Counted from the stretch's first letter, positions 8,052 through 18,814 are shown. The stretch is DNA of 64,000 nucleotides from Candidatus Minthousia equi (GCA_018065125.1 JAGHTY010000093.1:167-64166), one strand, 5' to 3'. A program made the numbers and translations. Notes: generated from the letters alone by a model not told the origin.

Positions 8052-11024
8052 ATGAAAAGATTGTTTCTTTTATGCTTGCTGATAGCTGTTACTGCTACTG
8101 CTTTTGCACAGCGTGTAACGGTATCGGGTCGTGTCGTCGAGGAAGATGGCACAACTCCTATAGAGCAGGCTACAGTGCAAATTCTGTCATTACCCGACAG
8201 TGCATACGTGAATGGTTGTGTAACCGATCCTAATGGTAACTTTACTTTGCCTGCCGTGAAAGCTGGAAAGTATGTGGTGAAGGTGTCGTTTGTGGGTTAT
8301 AATACCCAGATGAAGAGTATTACTCTTGTATCTTCACGTACAAAGGAAAATATAGGAACCTGTTTCCTTCCTCAGGATGGTGTATTACTGGGCGAGGCTG
8401 TGGTTGTGGCTCAGGCAGCTCAGGTTGAGGTGAAGGAAGATACCATTCAGTATAATGCTTCGGCCTACCGTGTTCCCGAAGGTTCTGCCTTAGAGGAATT
8501 GGTAAAGAAGATTCCTGGTGCTGAGGTGAGTGAGGATGGTAAGATTACCCTGAACGGCAAAGATATCTCTAAGATTATGGTAAACGGTAAGGAATTCTTC
8601 TCAGGTGATACAGATATGGCGTTGAAGAACATTACCGTAGATATGATTGAGAACCTGAAAGCTTACGACCGTAAGAGTGACTTGGCACGTATCACAGGTA
8701 TTGATGATGGTGAAGAAGAAGCTGTGCTCGACCTTACCATGAAGCAAGGTCAGAACCAAGGTACTTTTGCCAATATGGATTTGGGTTATGGTACTAAGAA
8801 AAGATATACCACTCGCGGTATGTTAAACCGTTTCTCTGATAACTATCAAGTATCTATCATGGGAAATGCCAACAACACCAATGATATGGGTTTCCCTGGT
8901 GGAGGCGGTGGTTTCCGTGGAGGTAATAACAATGGTTTGCGCGCCAACAAGCGTATAGGTGGTAACTTCGCCTATGAGAACAAGTATATAGAAACTGGCG
9001 GAAATATTCAGTATAATCATAATAGTACTGATGTACAGAGTCTAGGGTCAAACCACAATTTCCAGTCTAATCAATATGGAAATAGCCGCAGTATGCAGTT
9101 TGGTAGTTCTACCAATTTCAATTTTGACTATCGCTTGGAGTGGAAACCAGATTCAATGAACAACATTATTTTCCGCCCTCGTGCTAACTATAGAAAGAAT
9201 AGCAATGATAGAAATTCTCTTTCAACATCTTCTAATTCAGATCCAAGCGAAGCTGGCTCTTTGCTGAGTATTATTCAGGAGTTCTTAGCTGAAGGTAACC
9301 ATTCTGTATTTGATGCTCTAAACGACCAGCAGAAACTGATTCTTCTGAATGCGCAACGACAGGAAACCTTGAGTAAGTCTTCTTCTACTGAAATTTCAGG
9401 TGAGTTGCAGTTTAACCATAAGTTCAGCAGTAATGGTCGTAACCTGACATTCCGTGTTACAGGAGGTTTCTCTGACGGTAAGAGTGAAAGCTTTACGAAT
9501 AGTGATCAGTGGTTCTTCCAGTCTGGATTTGATGATACTGTTACTCGTAGATTTACCAATACACCAACCAAGAACAGCAATTTCTCTGGTCGTGTAACTT
9601 ATAGCGAGCCTATTGCAAAAGCTGTTTATCTTCAGTTCAGCTATATGTTCACTCATCGTTTTAGTAAGAGTGACAAGCAGGTGTATGATTTAGGCGATTT
9701 GTTGAATAGTGCTGATGCCATAGGTATGCTACCTATTAATTATAGTCAGAACCAGGATAAGGATCAGAGTAAGTATGTAGAAAATGTGTTTGACAACCAT
9801 GATATTGCAGTAACTCTGCGCGTTATCCGTCCAAAATGGCAGTTGAATGCAGGTGTTAACTACAAACCACAGTACTCTAAGACATCTTATCAGCAAGGTG
9901 CTAACATGGATCATTTAGATGTTTTCAGCCGTAGTTATAATAATGTGTCACCAACTATCGACTATCGTTATAATTTCAATAAGCAGACACGCTTGCGTAT
10001 AGAATGGCGTAATAATGCTTCACAGCCAAGCGTTTCAAACTTGGTTCCTGCTATTGATACATCAAACCCATTGACTATTTCAGCTGGTAACCCAGAATTG
10101 AAGCCTTCTTACACAAACAATGTAAGTCTTCAATTCAATACCTTTATTCCATCTTCTCAGACTACTATTGTTTCTCGCTTTAATGTTCGTGCTACTAGCA
10201 ACAATGTTAGCAATATGCAGGTTTACCGTGAAAATGGTGGAACTTATTCTATGCCAAAGAATACTGATGGAAACTGGAACATGTTTGGCATGTTTGTATT
10301 CAATACAGCCTTGAAAGATAAGCGCTTCAATATTGGTACCTTTACTAATGTGATGCTTAATAATATGTCTTCATTCTTCAACAATGGCCAGAAGGTTACT
10401 CTGGATACCAACAACTTCCAGAATTTCTACAATGCCTTCAACCAGTTGGAAGCAATTAAGAACATAACCAAGAGCTTAGTTATTAACGAACGCTTGAGTT
10501 TCAATTTCCGTTCTGATTGGTTTGACGTGGGTGTGAATGGTGGTCTTCAGTACCAAAAGTCTGACAATAAGTTGGATGCAAGTAAGAATACCAACACTTA
10601 TAATTTCTCATATGGTTTGAATGGTAACTTGCGTTTCCCTTGGAATATGTCAATCTCTACAGATTTGACAAATAACAGTCGTCGTGGTTATTCTGAACCA
10701 ACTTTCAATACCAATGAGTTGTTGTGGAACGTGCAGATTTCCCAATCATTCTTGCGTGGAAAGGCTGCAACCCTTACTCTGCAGTTCTTCGATATTTTGG
10801 GTCAGCAGAGTACTGTAAGTCGTAGCATCTCTGCAAATATGCAGAGTGATACTGAGTATAATGCTATTCACAAGTATGCTATGCTGAAGTTTACCTATCG
10901 TCTGAACTTGATGGGTAGCCGTGATGCTCGTGCTGGTCGTGGTCGCGATGGATGGGGTGGCTTCCCAGGTGGTGGCTTCCCTGGTGGTGGTCGTCCTGGT
11001 GGTGGCTTTGGCCGTCCTTTCTAA
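8052..11024 (+). CDS. outer-membrane beta-barrel protein with an N-terminal carboxypeptidase-regulatory-like domain (TonB-dependent-receptor-like)
   Basis: It has a signal peptide (..ATAFAQ), a CarboxypepD_reg-like region (VSGRVVEEDGTTPIEQATVQIL), a plug-like segment, and a long Asn/Ser/Tyr-rich beta-strand region ending in an aromatic residue (..GRPF). There is no SusD partner. Confidence 0.85.
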   Translation: MKRLFLLCLLIAVTATAFAQRVTVSGRVVEEDGTTPIEQATVQILSLPDSAYVNGCVTDPNGNFTLPAVKAGKYVVKVSFVGYNTQMKSITLVSSRTKENIGTCFLPQDGVLLGEAVVVAQAAQVEVKEDTIQYNASAYRVPEGSALEELVKKIPGAEVSEDGKITLNGKDISKIMVNGKEFFSGDTDMALKNITVDMIENLKAYDRKSDLARITGIDDGEEEAVLDLTMKQGQNQGTFANMDLGYGTKKRYTTRGMLNRFSDNYQVSIMGNANNTNDMGFPGGGGGFRGGNNNGLRANKRIGGNFAYENKYIETGGNIQYNHNSTDVQSLGSNHNFQSNQYGNSRSMQFGSSTNFNFDYRLEWKPDSMNNIIFRPRANYRKNSNDRNSLSTSSNSDPSEAGSLLSIIQEFLAEGNHSVFDALNDQQKLILLNAQRQETLSKSSSTEISGELQFNHKFSSNGRNLTFRVTGGFSDGKSESFTNSDQWFFQSGFDDTVTRRFTNTPTKNSNFSGRVTYSEPIAKAVYLQFSYMFTHRFSKSDKQVYDLGDLLNSADAIGMLPINYSQNQDKDQSKYVENVFDNHDIAVTLRVIRPKWQLNAGVNYKPQYSKTSYQQGANMDHLDVFSRSYNNVSPTIDYRYNFNKQTRLRIEWRNNASQPSVSNLVPAIDTSNPLTISAGNPELKPSYTNNVSLQFNTFIPSSQTTIVSRFNVRATSNNVSNMQVYRENGGTYSMPKNTDGNWNMFGMFVFNTALKDKRFNIGTFTNVMLNNMSSFFNNGQKVTLDTNNFQNFYNAFNQLEAIKNITKSLVINERLSFNFRSDWFDVGVNGGLQYQKSDNKLDASKNTNTYNFSYGLNGNLRFPWNMSISTDLTNNSRRGYSEPTFNTNELLWNVQISQSFLRGKAATLTLQFFDILGQQSTVSRSISANMQSDTEYNAIHKYAMLKFTYRLNLMGSRDARAGRGRDGWGGFPGGGFPGGGRPGGGFGRPF

Positions 11025-11052
11025 GAAGAAAGATATAAAGATTATATTAGTA

Positions 11053-11091
11053 AAAAGTTCCGACTACATATAAGGAAGTCGGGACTTTTTT
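11053..11091 (+). terminator. intrinsic terminator after the OMP gene
   Basis: A 9-bp stem pairs gttccgact (11057-11065) with agtcgggac (11077-11085), including one G-T wobble. The loop is 11 nt and a T6 tract follows. Confidence 0.75.
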
Positions 11092-11092
11092 G

Positions 11093-11100
11093 TATATTTG
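11093..11100 (+). promoter_or_regulatory. -7 box (TAtaTTTG) for cls
   Basis: tatatttg lies immediately after the upstream terminator and 21 nt before the cls ATG. Confidence 0.45.
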
Positions 11101-11120
11101 CCGATAAATAACCCAACTGT

Positions 11121-12542
11121 ATGGAAATGATATCGTTTGGCTCGATATTTTCTATTATCTATCTAGTATTGACACTCAGTATCATTATTGTGATAGTAAT
11201 GGATAACCGAAATCCTGTTAGAACTTTGGCGTGGATTTTGGTACTCCTATTCTTGCCTTTGTTGGGATTAATTCTGTACTTTGCTTTCGGACGGAATATC
11301 CGCAGAAAACGTCGATTATCACAGTTTGTGCCAGGACTTATCAATCCAGAGATTCTCCATCAGCTGATGGAGGCAGAACCTGCAAAAATAAAACCAGAGC
11401 AGGCTACAAAATTGCAGTTATTTGAGAATGTAAGTGATGCCTTGCCATTGGATGCTTCCCATTGTGAGATCTTCACTGTAGGTGACGATATGCTTCAATC
11501 TCTTCTTAGTGCCATGGAAAATGCTACAAACCACATCCATGTGCAGTTTTATATATTCGAAGAAGATGCTATTGGCAATATCGTAAAGGATGTGTTGATT
11601 AAGAAAGCACGTGAGGGAGTAAAGGTTCGAGTGATTTACGACCATGTAGGGTGCTGGTCAGTAAAGCATGAGTTTTATGAGGAAATGGAGCGTGAGGGTG
11701 TAGAAATATATCCTTTCCGAAAGGTGTATTTCCCATTTTTTACCAGTAGGGTAAATTTCCGTAACCACCGTAAGATTGTGGTAATTGATGGACGAATCGG
11801 CTTTGTCGGTGGTATGAATCTTGCCTTGCGTTATTTCCGTAAGGATAAGGGACAGTTCTGGCGTGATTCTCATCTTCGATTAGAGGGTCGTGCAGTTTAT
11901 GGCTTGCAGTATACTTTTTTGTCTGACTGGATGTTTGTGTCTCAACAACAGGTGCGATCTGTGAACTTCTTTCCAGAACTTCCTGCCAATAATGGTTTGT
12001 TGTGCCAGATTGTGCATTCAGAACCTTCCAATACTTGGGAAAACATCATGATGGGTTTTATGCAGTTGATATTGCAGGCCAAACAATACTGCTACATACA
12101 AACGCCATATTTCCTACCTACAGACTGTATGCTGAAAGCCATGCAGACTGCGGCATTGTCTGGTGTAGATGTTCGGTTGATGATTCCAGGACATAGTGAC
12201 AGTATCTTGCCTCATTTGGGTTCACAGTCCTATTTGGAGGATGTATTGCGTGCTGGCGTGAGGGTTTATGTATACAAAGAAGATTTCCTGCATGCCAAGA
12301 CGCTTGTATGTGATGATGAAGTTGCAACCGTGGGTAGTACTAATATGGATTTCCGAAGTTTTGAACATAACTTCGAAGTAAATGCCTTTATCTATAACTC
12401 TGATTTTGCGAAACGCTCACGAGAGATATATGTAAACGACATGCAGACATGCTATGAACTGACTTTGGAAAAATGGGAGAAGCGTTCAGTATGGAAACGG
12501 ATTGCAGAATCTTTTGTACGTCTGTTGTCACCTTTGTTGTAA
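11121..12542 (+). CDS. cls: cardiolipin synthase
   Basis: It has two N-terminal TM helices and two PLD HKD motifs (HRKIVVIDGRIGFVGGMN and LHAKTLVCDDEVATVGSTN). Confidence 0.92.
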   Translation: MEMISFGSIFSIIYLVLTLSIIIVIVMDNRNPVRTLAWILVLLFLPLLGLILYFAFGRNIRRKRRLSQFVPGLINPEILHQLMEAEPAKIKPEQATKLQLFENVSDALPLDASHCEIFTVGDDMLQSLLSAMENATNHIHVQFYIFEEDAIGNIVKDVLIKKAREGVKVRVIYDHVGCWSVKHEFYEEMEREGVEIYPFRKVYFPFFTSRVNFRNHRKIVVIDGRIGFVGGMNLALRYFRKDKGQFWRDSHLRLEGRAVYGLQYTFLSDWMFVSQQQVRSVNFFPELPANNGLLCQIVHSEPSNTWENIMMGFMQLILQAKQYCYIQTPYFLPTDCMLKAMQTAALSGVDVRLMIPGHSDSILPHLGSQSYLEDVLRAGVRVYVYKEDFLHAKTLVCDDEVATVGSTNMDFRSFEHNFEVNAFIYNSDFAKRSREIYVNDMQTCYELTLEKWEKRSVWKRIAESFVRLLSPLL

Positions 12543-12547
12543 TATAC

Positions 12548-13078
12548 TTATTTAAAGAAAGAGAAATTTACGCTACCATATGAGCGATGTTCTATAAAGC
12601 GTGGATGTTCACTGAAGTCGAAGTCTTTTCCATGCTCCAAAACAAATAATCCATCATCTTTTAATAAGTTGTTTTGAAATACTAGTTCCGGTATCTGTCC
12701 TAGTTCTTTAAGGGCGTAAGGTGGATCTGCAAAGATAAAGTCGAATTGTTCGTTGCAGCGCTGTATGAACTTGAATACGTCTCCACAGATAGGAATACAT
12801 TTGTCGGTCTTTACTTCTTCTATAACCTTTCGGATAAAGGCGTTGTGCTGTCGGTCTTTCTCAATGGAAATAACTTTGCTACAACCACGGCTTACCAATT
12901 CAATACTAATGCTACCAGTACCTGAAAAAAGGTCAAGAGCAGAGGTATCTTCAAAGTCAATGTAAGCCATCAGTACGTTGAAGAGGTTTTCTTTGGCAAA
13001 GTCGGTTGTCGGTCTTGCCTTGAAACTACGTGGCACGTCAAAATGCCTACGTTTGTATATACCACTGATAACTCTCAT
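12548..13078 (-). CDS. rsmD: 16S rRNA (guanine966-N2)-methyltransferase
   Basis: It begins MRVISGIYKRR.. (a typical RsmD N-terminus), with SAM-MTase motif LDLFSGTGS and FIFADPPY. I trimmed the start from 13108 to the ATG at 13078. Confidence 0.88.
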   Translation of the reverse strand: MRVISGIYKRRHFDVPRSFKARPTTDFAKENLFNVLMAYIDFEDTSALDLFSGTGSISIELVSRGCSKVISIEKDRQHNAFIRKVIEEVKTDKCIPICGDVFKFIQRCNEQFDFIFADPPYALKELGQIPELVFQNNLLKDDGLFVLEHGKDFDFSEHPRFIEHRSYGSVNFSFFK

Positions 13079-13095
13079 AAATGATAGGATTAGAA

Positions 13096-13935
13096 TTAAA
13101 TGCCGCATAACAGCAAAGACTGAATGTCGTAGGTTACATTGGAGTCTTTTGCTATTTCTGAACGGTTGAACTCAGATGAAGGATTAATGATGTATACTTG
13201 TTGAATATAATTGTGCAATTCTGCAACGATACTTTCACGTGCAGGAATTTGCCCACCAAGGGTAAGTTCATCCTTTCGTTGGTCAAGACCTTGAATCTGC
13301 CATGCTTGCAGCATGAAGTAAAGTGCGTCGTTGATATCAAGACAACTAAATGCATTAGCAAATTGCAGTTTACCGTTGTCGTAGATAAAGAGGTGCATTT
13401 TGCTTGTTAGGAAGATGGCATACATCTTTCTAGTTTCTCTTCTTTTGGAACGTTCTTGTAAATGCTCTAGCAAAGGACTTTCAGAGGCATAGAAGTGCAC
13501 ATTATTATATTGCTCTGTCAGAATTTGGTAAACACTCTTATCTATAGAAAACAGTACTACCATATTTGTTCTGGAAAGGATGTTGTATAAAATCTTTTTT
13601 CCTTCTTCTGTAGGATGACTGAAATTAAATATGGTATCGACGTTTTCTTCTTCGAATTGTTCAAACGAAATATAGCTTACAGGACCGTCAACGACAACTT
13701 GTACACTGTGATAAGGATGGTGTGTCTCGGGAGTTTGTGCCAATGCTTTTTTTAGGTTGGCCGCCATTGAAATGGTTGGGTCAACATTGTATGGGATAAA
13801 CCTAAAGGATGGTTTATCTTGAGGGGTATGTATAGAAAAAGAAAATCCACCCGTACAAAGACGGATGGATAGACTTTTATTGTAAATGAGATTATTCCCA
13901 GTTACCTGCATTGTTGTTAGGAGCTTCGATGTCAC
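13096..13935 (-). CDS. DUF3822-like protein
   Basis: 279 aa. It is the conserved Bacteroidota neighbour upstream of rsmD. The start is ambiguous (ATG at 13935 or 13911), and both overlap the upstream gene. Confidence 0.72.
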   Translation of the reverse strand: MTSKLLTTMQVTGNNLIYNKSLSIRLCTGGFSFSIHTPQDKPSFRFIPYNVDPTISMAANLKKALAQTPETHHPYHSVQVVVDGPVSYISFEQFEEENVDTIFNFSHPTEEGKKILYNILSRTNMVVLFSIDKSVYQILTEQYNNVHFYASESPLLEHLQERSKRRETRKMYAIFLTSKMHLFIYDNGKLQFANAFSCLDINDALYFMLQAWQIQGLDQRKDELTLGGQIPARESIVAELHNYIQQVYIINPSSEFNRSEIAKDSNVTYDIQSLLLCGI

Positions 13936-14566
13936 CTACCTTCAAACCGCAGTACTTGTACAACTGACCCTGCAGTTTCTCCAAGTTAACCAATTCCTGG
14001 TGATCCAGATCAGACAAATAAGTTTTGTAAGCACAACGTGCTTCGAACAAATTCAGTGGCTGACCCTTATCGGTGGTGTCACTACGTGCAGCCATCTTGA
14101 ACTGCTGACCGTTGCTGAATGGAATGTAACGCAAAGAATCTGCGTTGAAACCTACACCAAAGATAGTATCACTAATGCTCTTCCAGATAGTATCACGACG
14201 GAAACCAGTCAAACCATTTGCTGCAATAGCAGCAGCGTCACCACTACGTACAATAGCAGCAGCCTTAGCTTCGGTCAAACCCTTATCCAACTGCTCATCG
14301 CTCAATACACCTTCCTTAATCAAGTATGCACGCTTTGCATTCTTAACGAAGTCAATCAAAGAATCGAAACTGTCGGTGTACTTACCCTGATGCTGCAGAC
14401 GGTATTCCTCCTGAGCCTTACGGATGTCAATCAAGCGGGAAATGATCACTTTCTCACGGCGTGCTTTCTCGTCGTCAAATTTGATAGGACCCATAATCGA
14501 AGCATAGCAAATCCATGCCAAAACGATTGCGCATACTACCAAAATCGAATTAATTAAGATTTTCAT
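13892..14566 (-). CDS. hypothetical membrane-anchored protein (224 aa)
   Basis: It has an N-terminal TM/signal anchor (ILINSILVVCAIVLAWICYASI) followed by a charged, helical, protein-like sequence. A predicted -7 box lies 37 nt upstream. Confidence 0.7.
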   Translation of the reverse strand: MKILINSILVVCAIVLAWICYASIMGPIKFDDEKARREKVIISRLIDIRKAQEEYRLQHQGKYTDSFDSLIDFVKNAKRAYLIKEGVLSDEQLDKGLTEAKAAAIVRSGDAAAIAANGLTGFRRDTIWKSISDTIFGVGFNADSLRYIPFSNGQQFKMAARSDTTDKGQPLNLFEARCAYKTYLSDLDHQELVNLEKLQGQLYKYCGLKVGDIEAPNNNAGNWE

Positions 14567-14602
14567 AATACTATTTAAAATTTATTGTTTATATTCGTAC
14601 CG

Positions 14603-14610
14603 CAAAAATA
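14603..14610 (-). promoter_or_regulatory. -7 box (TAttTTTG) for the 224-aa/DUF3822/rsmD unit
   Basis: The plus strand reads caaaaata, 37 nt upstream of the ATG at 14566. Confidence 0.4.
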
Positions 14611-14662
14611 AGACATTTAAATTGAATAACCGAACTTTTTGTTCATTTTTTATTGGCATCCA

Positions 14663-16090
14663 ATGATAAATACCTATTTCAAGCAGCAAATTAAGCAAAA
14701 TTTTGGCTTTCTACCAACTTTTGAGCAAGAAAATGTGATGGACAGCCTATCAGATTTTTTGTTTTCGCGCAGTAATGGGGGAATCTTTGTCTTGCAAGGC
14801 TATGCAGGAACAGGAAAAACATCATTAGTAGGAGCACTAGTAAAAACCTTGACGGAGCTTAAACACCCCGTTGTCTTATTAGCCCCAACAGGCAGAGCGG
14901 CAAAGGTGTTCTCTCTCTATGCCGATGCGGCAGCCTATACCATTCACAGACGTATTTACCGTGAGAAATCTTTTGATGGTATAGGCAAATTTGATTTGAA
15001 TTTCAATAAGACTAAAAATGCTGTATTTATTGTTGATGAGGCTTCCATGATATCTAATGCAGGTTTAGCAGGAGCTGTATTTGGAACGGGTCGCCTATTG
15101 GATGATCTTATCTCATTCGTTTTCCAAAATGAGGGATGTCGCTTGATTTTATTGGGCGATACAGCTCAGTTACCGCCAGTAGGTCAGAATGAGAGTCCTG
15201 CTCTTTCTGTAGAAGTGTTACGTCGTTATGGAATGCCGGTAAATGTATGTGAGTTAACACAAGTAGTACGTCAGCATGAAGATTCGGGTATTCTTTATAA
15301 TGCTACACAAATTAGAATGCTGCTTCAGTCAGATGAGGTGTATGATTTTCCAAAAGTCAGATTTTCTGGATTCTCGGATGTGCACCGTGTTATGGGTAAT
15401 GATTTAATCGAGACGCTCTCAACAAGCTATAGTCGCGTTGGACATGATGAGACCATGGTAATCTGTCGCAGCAATAAGCGCAGTAATATCTATAACAATG
15501 GCATCCGAAACCAAATACTGGATCGGGAAGATTTATTGTGTGCAGGTGATCGTGTTATGATAGCTAAGAATAATTATTTCTGGACGGAAAATATCAAGGA
15601 GATAGACTTCATTGCTAATGGCGATATGGCAGTGATACGTCGTGTGCACCATGTACGTGAGTGCTATGGATTTAACTTTGCAGATGTTGTGTTACAATTT
15701 CCTGATTATAATGACCTAGAGTTAGATGTGACAGTGTTGCTTGATACGTTACAGAGTGAGGCTCCCTCTTTGTCACAAGAAGAAAACGAGATTCTATACA
15801 ACAAAGTGATGGAAGATTATGAAGATATTCCACTAAAGCCAGATCGTATAAAATCTATTCGAAAGAATCTTTATTATAATGCATTACAGATTAAATATGC
15901 CTATGCAGTAACGTGCCATAAGAGTCAGGGTGGGCAGTGGGAACATGTGTATGTAGATCAAGGTTATATGCCGATAGAGAATCTTACATCAGATTATTTC
16001 CATTGGCTGTATACTGCTTTTACACGTGCTACGCAGCAGTTATATTTGGTAAATTGGCCAAAAGAACAGATAGAAAAAGAAAAGGTGTGA
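14663..16090 (+). CDS. RecD/TraA-like SF1 DNA helicase
   Basis: It has Walker A GYAGTGKT, Walker B IVDEASM, LLGDTAQLPPV, and C-terminal VTCHKSQGGQWEHVYV (UvrD_C_2-like). I set the start at the ATG at 14663. Confidence 0.85.
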   Translation: MINTYFKQQIKQNFGFLPTFEQENVMDSLSDFLFSRSNGGIFVLQGYAGTGKTSLVGALVKTLTELKHPVVLLAPTGRAAKVFSLYADAAAYTIHRRIYREKSFDGIGKFDLNFNKTKNAVFIVDEASMISNAGLAGAVFGTGRLLDDLISFVFQNEGCRLILLGDTAQLPPVGQNESPALSVEVLRRYGMPVNVCELTQVVRQHEDSGILYNATQIRMLLQSDEVYDFPKVRFSGFSDVHRVMGNDLIETLSTSYSRVGHDETMVICRSNKRSNIYNNGIRNQILDREDLLCAGDRVMIAKNNYFWTENIKEIDFIANGDMAVIRRVHHVRECYGFNFADVVLQFPDYNDLELDVTVLLDTLQSEAPSLSQEENEILYNKVMEDYEDIPLKPDRIKSIRKNLYYNALQIKYAYAVTCHKSQGGQWEHVYVDQGYMPIENLTSDYFHWLYTAFTRATQQLYLVNWPKEQIEKEKV

Positions 16091-16110
16091 AAATTATCAC
16101 ACCTTTTTTC
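16081..16110. terminator. bidirectional hairpin between the helicase and alaS 3' ends
   Basis: aaaggtgtga (16081-16090, which includes the helicase TGA) pairs with tcacaccttt (16097-16106). A- and T-tracts flank it on either side. Confidence 0.75.
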
Positions 16111-16132
16111 TTTATCTTAAAATATTTCTTTC

Positions 16133-18754
16133 TTATGCAAATGCAATTTCCTCCAGCTTGTTTACAGCTTCTGCTAAGCCATCAGGATTCTTGCCGCCTG
16201 CGGTTGCAAAGTGAGGCTGACCACCGCCACCACCTTGAATAGCCTTGGCTGCTTCACGAATCATCTTACCAGCATTCAACCCCTTTCCTGCTACTAGATT
16301 ATCACTAATCATTACTGTAAGTGCAGGTTTGCCAGCTTCAACGCTACCAACTAAGAAAAGGAAATCTTCGGAAATCTCACCACGCAACTGGAAGGCAATG
16401 TCTTTGATGGCTGCTGCAGGCAATGAGAATACTCCTTTAATCAGTTTTATGCCATCCTTCTCTACGATTTCATTGCGCATCTTGTCCTTCAAACGAGACA
16501 CTTGTTCCTTCTGAGCTTCCTCAACTTTCTTCTTCAAATCGGCATTCTCTTCAATGGCTTTGCGGATTGCAACGCGTAATTCAGGAACATTATTGAAGAA
16601 ACCTGAGATTTCACGGATTAAGTCTTGAGTGTCGTCCATCATCTGTTCAACCTTGGCACCGGTTACAGCTTCAATTCGACGAACACCTGCTGCAACACTG
16701 CTTTCGGAAAGAATGCGAACCATACCGATGTTGCCTGTTGCTGAAGTATGGCATCCACCACAGAACTCTACAGAATCACCAAATTGAACTACACGAACCT
16801 TATCGCCATACTTCTCACCAAACAATGCAATGGCACCCAGTTCCTTTGCCTTCTCGATAGGGTAGTCACGATATTCTGTTAATGGAATATTCTGACGAAT
16901 CTTTTCGTTCACATAGTGCTCAACCTCTCGAATCTGCTCATCTGTAACTTTTTGGAAGTGTGAGAAGTCGAAACGTAAACTATCAGGAGTAACTAATGAA
17001 CCTTTCTGCTCAACATGGGTGCCCAGAACTGCACGTAGTGCTTCGTCTAATAGGTGAGTACAAGAGTGATTGCACTCGCTTGCACGACGACGATCTACGT
17101 CTACGCATGCCATGAACTCTGCTTCTGGGTGCTCTGGCAATTTCTTTGCGATATGGATAGGAAGGTTGTTCTCCTTCTTGGTGTCAATGATTTCGATAGT
17201 TTCAAACTCGCTGCAAATAACACCCTGATCGCCAACCTGACCACCACTTTCAGCATAGAATGGGGTAGTATCCAGAACAATTTGATATAGGGTCTTACCC
17301 TTTTGGGTTACCTGACGATAACGCAAAATTTTAGCAGTGTATTCTGTGTAATCGTAACCGACAAACTTGGTTTCGCCTTCTTCCAGGGTTACCCAGTCGC
17401 CAGTTTCAACTGCAGCTGCATTACGGGCACGAGCCTTCTGCTTCTGCATCTCAACATCAAATTCCTTTTCGTCAACGGTTAGGCCATTTTCACGACAAAT
17501 CAATTCTGTCAAATCCAATGGGAAACCATAGGTATCGTAAAGGGTGAATGCCTCTGTACCATTAATCTCGGTCTTGCCTGCTGCTTTTGTGTCGGTAATA
17601 ACCTTTTCCAACAAGCGGATACCTGTTTCCAAAGTGCGTAGGAATGCATCTTCCTCTTCCTTCATAACCTTGCAAATCAGTTCTTTCTGAGCTTCCAATT
17701 CTGGATAGGCGTCGCCCATACTTGCAATCAAGGTAGGCAGCAGGCGGTACATGAATGCACTCTTCTGTCCTAGGAAGGTATAGCCATAACGTACAGCACG
17801 GCGAAGGATACGACGGATTACGTAACCAGCCTTGGCATTGCTAGGTAGCTGACCATCGGTAATGGCAAAGGCTATGGTACGAACATGGTCGGCAATAACG
17901 CGCATGGCAATGTCTTGCTTTTCATCCTTGCCATAAACGGTATTGCTCATGTCGCCAATGGTCTTCAACAATGGCTGGAATACGTCAGTATCGTAGTTTG
18001 AGGTCTTGCCTTGCAAAGTACGAACCAATCGCTCAAATCCCATACCGGTATCAATAACCTTTGCAGGCAGTGGTTCTAGCGAGTGGTCGGCCTTACGGTT
18101 ATACTGCATGAACACCAGGTTCCAGATTTCAATTACCTGTGGGTGGTCTTTGTTTACCAGCTGGCTGCCAGGAATCTTTGCCTTTTCCTCTTCAGGACGA
18201 GAATCAACGTGAATCTCTGAGCAAGGGCCGCAAGGACCAGTATCACCCATTTCCCAGAAGTTGTCGTGCTTGTTGCCATTGATGATGTGGTCTTTTGGCA
18301 AGAATTGCTCCCAGATGGCAGCAGCCTCATTGTCGCGCTCCAAACCTTCTTCGGCAGATCCCTCGAAAACCGTAGCATACAAATCCTTTGGATCCAGCTT
18401 CAGTACATCTACCAGGTATTCCCAAGCCCAGCTGATGGCTTCTTTCTTGAAATAGTCGCCAAACGACCAGTTACCCAGCATCTCGAACATGGTGTGATGA
18501 TAGGTATCGTGACCTACTTCTTCCAGGTCGTTATGTTTACCGCTAACGCGAAGACATTTCTGTGAGTCGGCCACACGCTTGCTCTGTGCTGGACGGTTAC
18601 CCAGGATGATATCCTTGAACTGATTCATACCGGCATTGGTAAACATCAAGGTTGGGTCATCCTTTACAACCATTGGTGCAGAGGGTACAATTAAATGGCC
18701 TTTTGATGCAAAGAAACTCTTATAAGAGTCTCTAATTTCTTTGGCAGTCATCAT
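16133..18754 (-). CDS. alaS: alanine--tRNA ligase
   Basis: 873 aa with class II AlaRS motifs [10 protein letters not shown] and [10 protein letters not shown], the editing-domain HxxxH (CTHLL), and a C-terminal DHHA1-like GGGG region. Confidence 0.97.
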   Translation of the reverse strand: MMTAKEIRDSYKSFFASKGHLIVPSAPMVVKDDPTLMFTNAGMNQFKDIILGNRPAQSKRVADSQKCLRVSGKHNDLEEVGHDTYHHTMFEMLGNWSFGDYFKKEAISWAWEYLVDVLKLDPKDLYATVFEGSAEEGLERDNEAAAIWEQFLPKDHIINGNKHDNFWEMGDTGPCGPCSEIHVDSRPEEEKAKIPGSQLVNKDHPQVIEIWNLVFMQYNRKADHSLEPLPAKVIDTGMGFERLVRTLQGKTSNYDTDVFQPLLKTIGDMSNTVYGKDEKQDIAMRVIADHVRTIAFAITDGQLPSNAKAGYVIRRILRRAVRYGYTFLGQKSAFMYRLLPTLIASMGDAYPELEAQKELICKVMKEEEDAFLRTLETGIRLLEKVITDTKAAGKTEINGTEAFTLYDTYGFPLDLTELICRENGLTVDEKEFDVEMQKQKARARNAAAVETGDWVTLEEGETKFVGYDYTEYTAKILRYRQVTQKGKTLYQIVLDTTPFYAESGGQVGDQGVICSEFETIEIIDTKKENNLPIHIAKKLPEHPEAEFMACVDVDRRRASECNHSCTHLLDEALRAVLGTHVEQKGSLVTPDSLRFDFSHFQKVTDEQIREVEHYVNEKIRQNIPLTEYRDYPIEKAKELGAIALFGEKYGDKVRVVQFGDSVEFCGGCHTSATGNIGMVRILSESSVAAGVRRIEAVTGAKVEQMMDDTQDLIREISGFFNNVPELRVAIRKAIEENADLKKKVEEAQKEQVSRLKDKMRNEIVEKDGIKLIKGVFSLPAAAIKDIAFQLRGEISEDFLFLVGSVEAGKPALTVMISDNLVAGKGLNAGKMIREAAKAIQGGGGGQPHFATAGGKNPDGLAEAVNKLEEIAFA

Positions 18755-18793
18755 ATTTTTATGTTATGAAGTTAATAATCAACAAAAGTTCGG

Positions 18794-18801
18794 CAAAGTT
18801 A
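18794..18801 (-). promoter_or_regulatory. -7 box (TAacTTTG) for alaS
   Basis: The plus strand reads caaagtta, 40 nt upstream of the alaS ATG. Confidence 0.4.
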
Positions 18802-18814
18802 GCAAGTTTTTCTG

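Noticed and set aside
8052-11024. Large OMP considered as the SusC of a polysaccharide utilisation locus
   Set aside because: It has no adjacent SusD-like gene, glycoside hydrolase or sensor. Its neighbours are aroB and cls. It looks like a stand-alone beta-barrel family protein.
13886-14557. 223-aa plus-strand ORF that almost exactly mirrors the 224-aa minus-strand gene
   Set aside because: The minus-strand product has a signal anchor, charged helical composition, a -7 box and operon context. The plus-strand product is Cys/Thr/Leu/Val-rich and low-complexity, with no promoter or partner genes. I treat it as a shadow ORF, though full-length mirroring is noteworthy.
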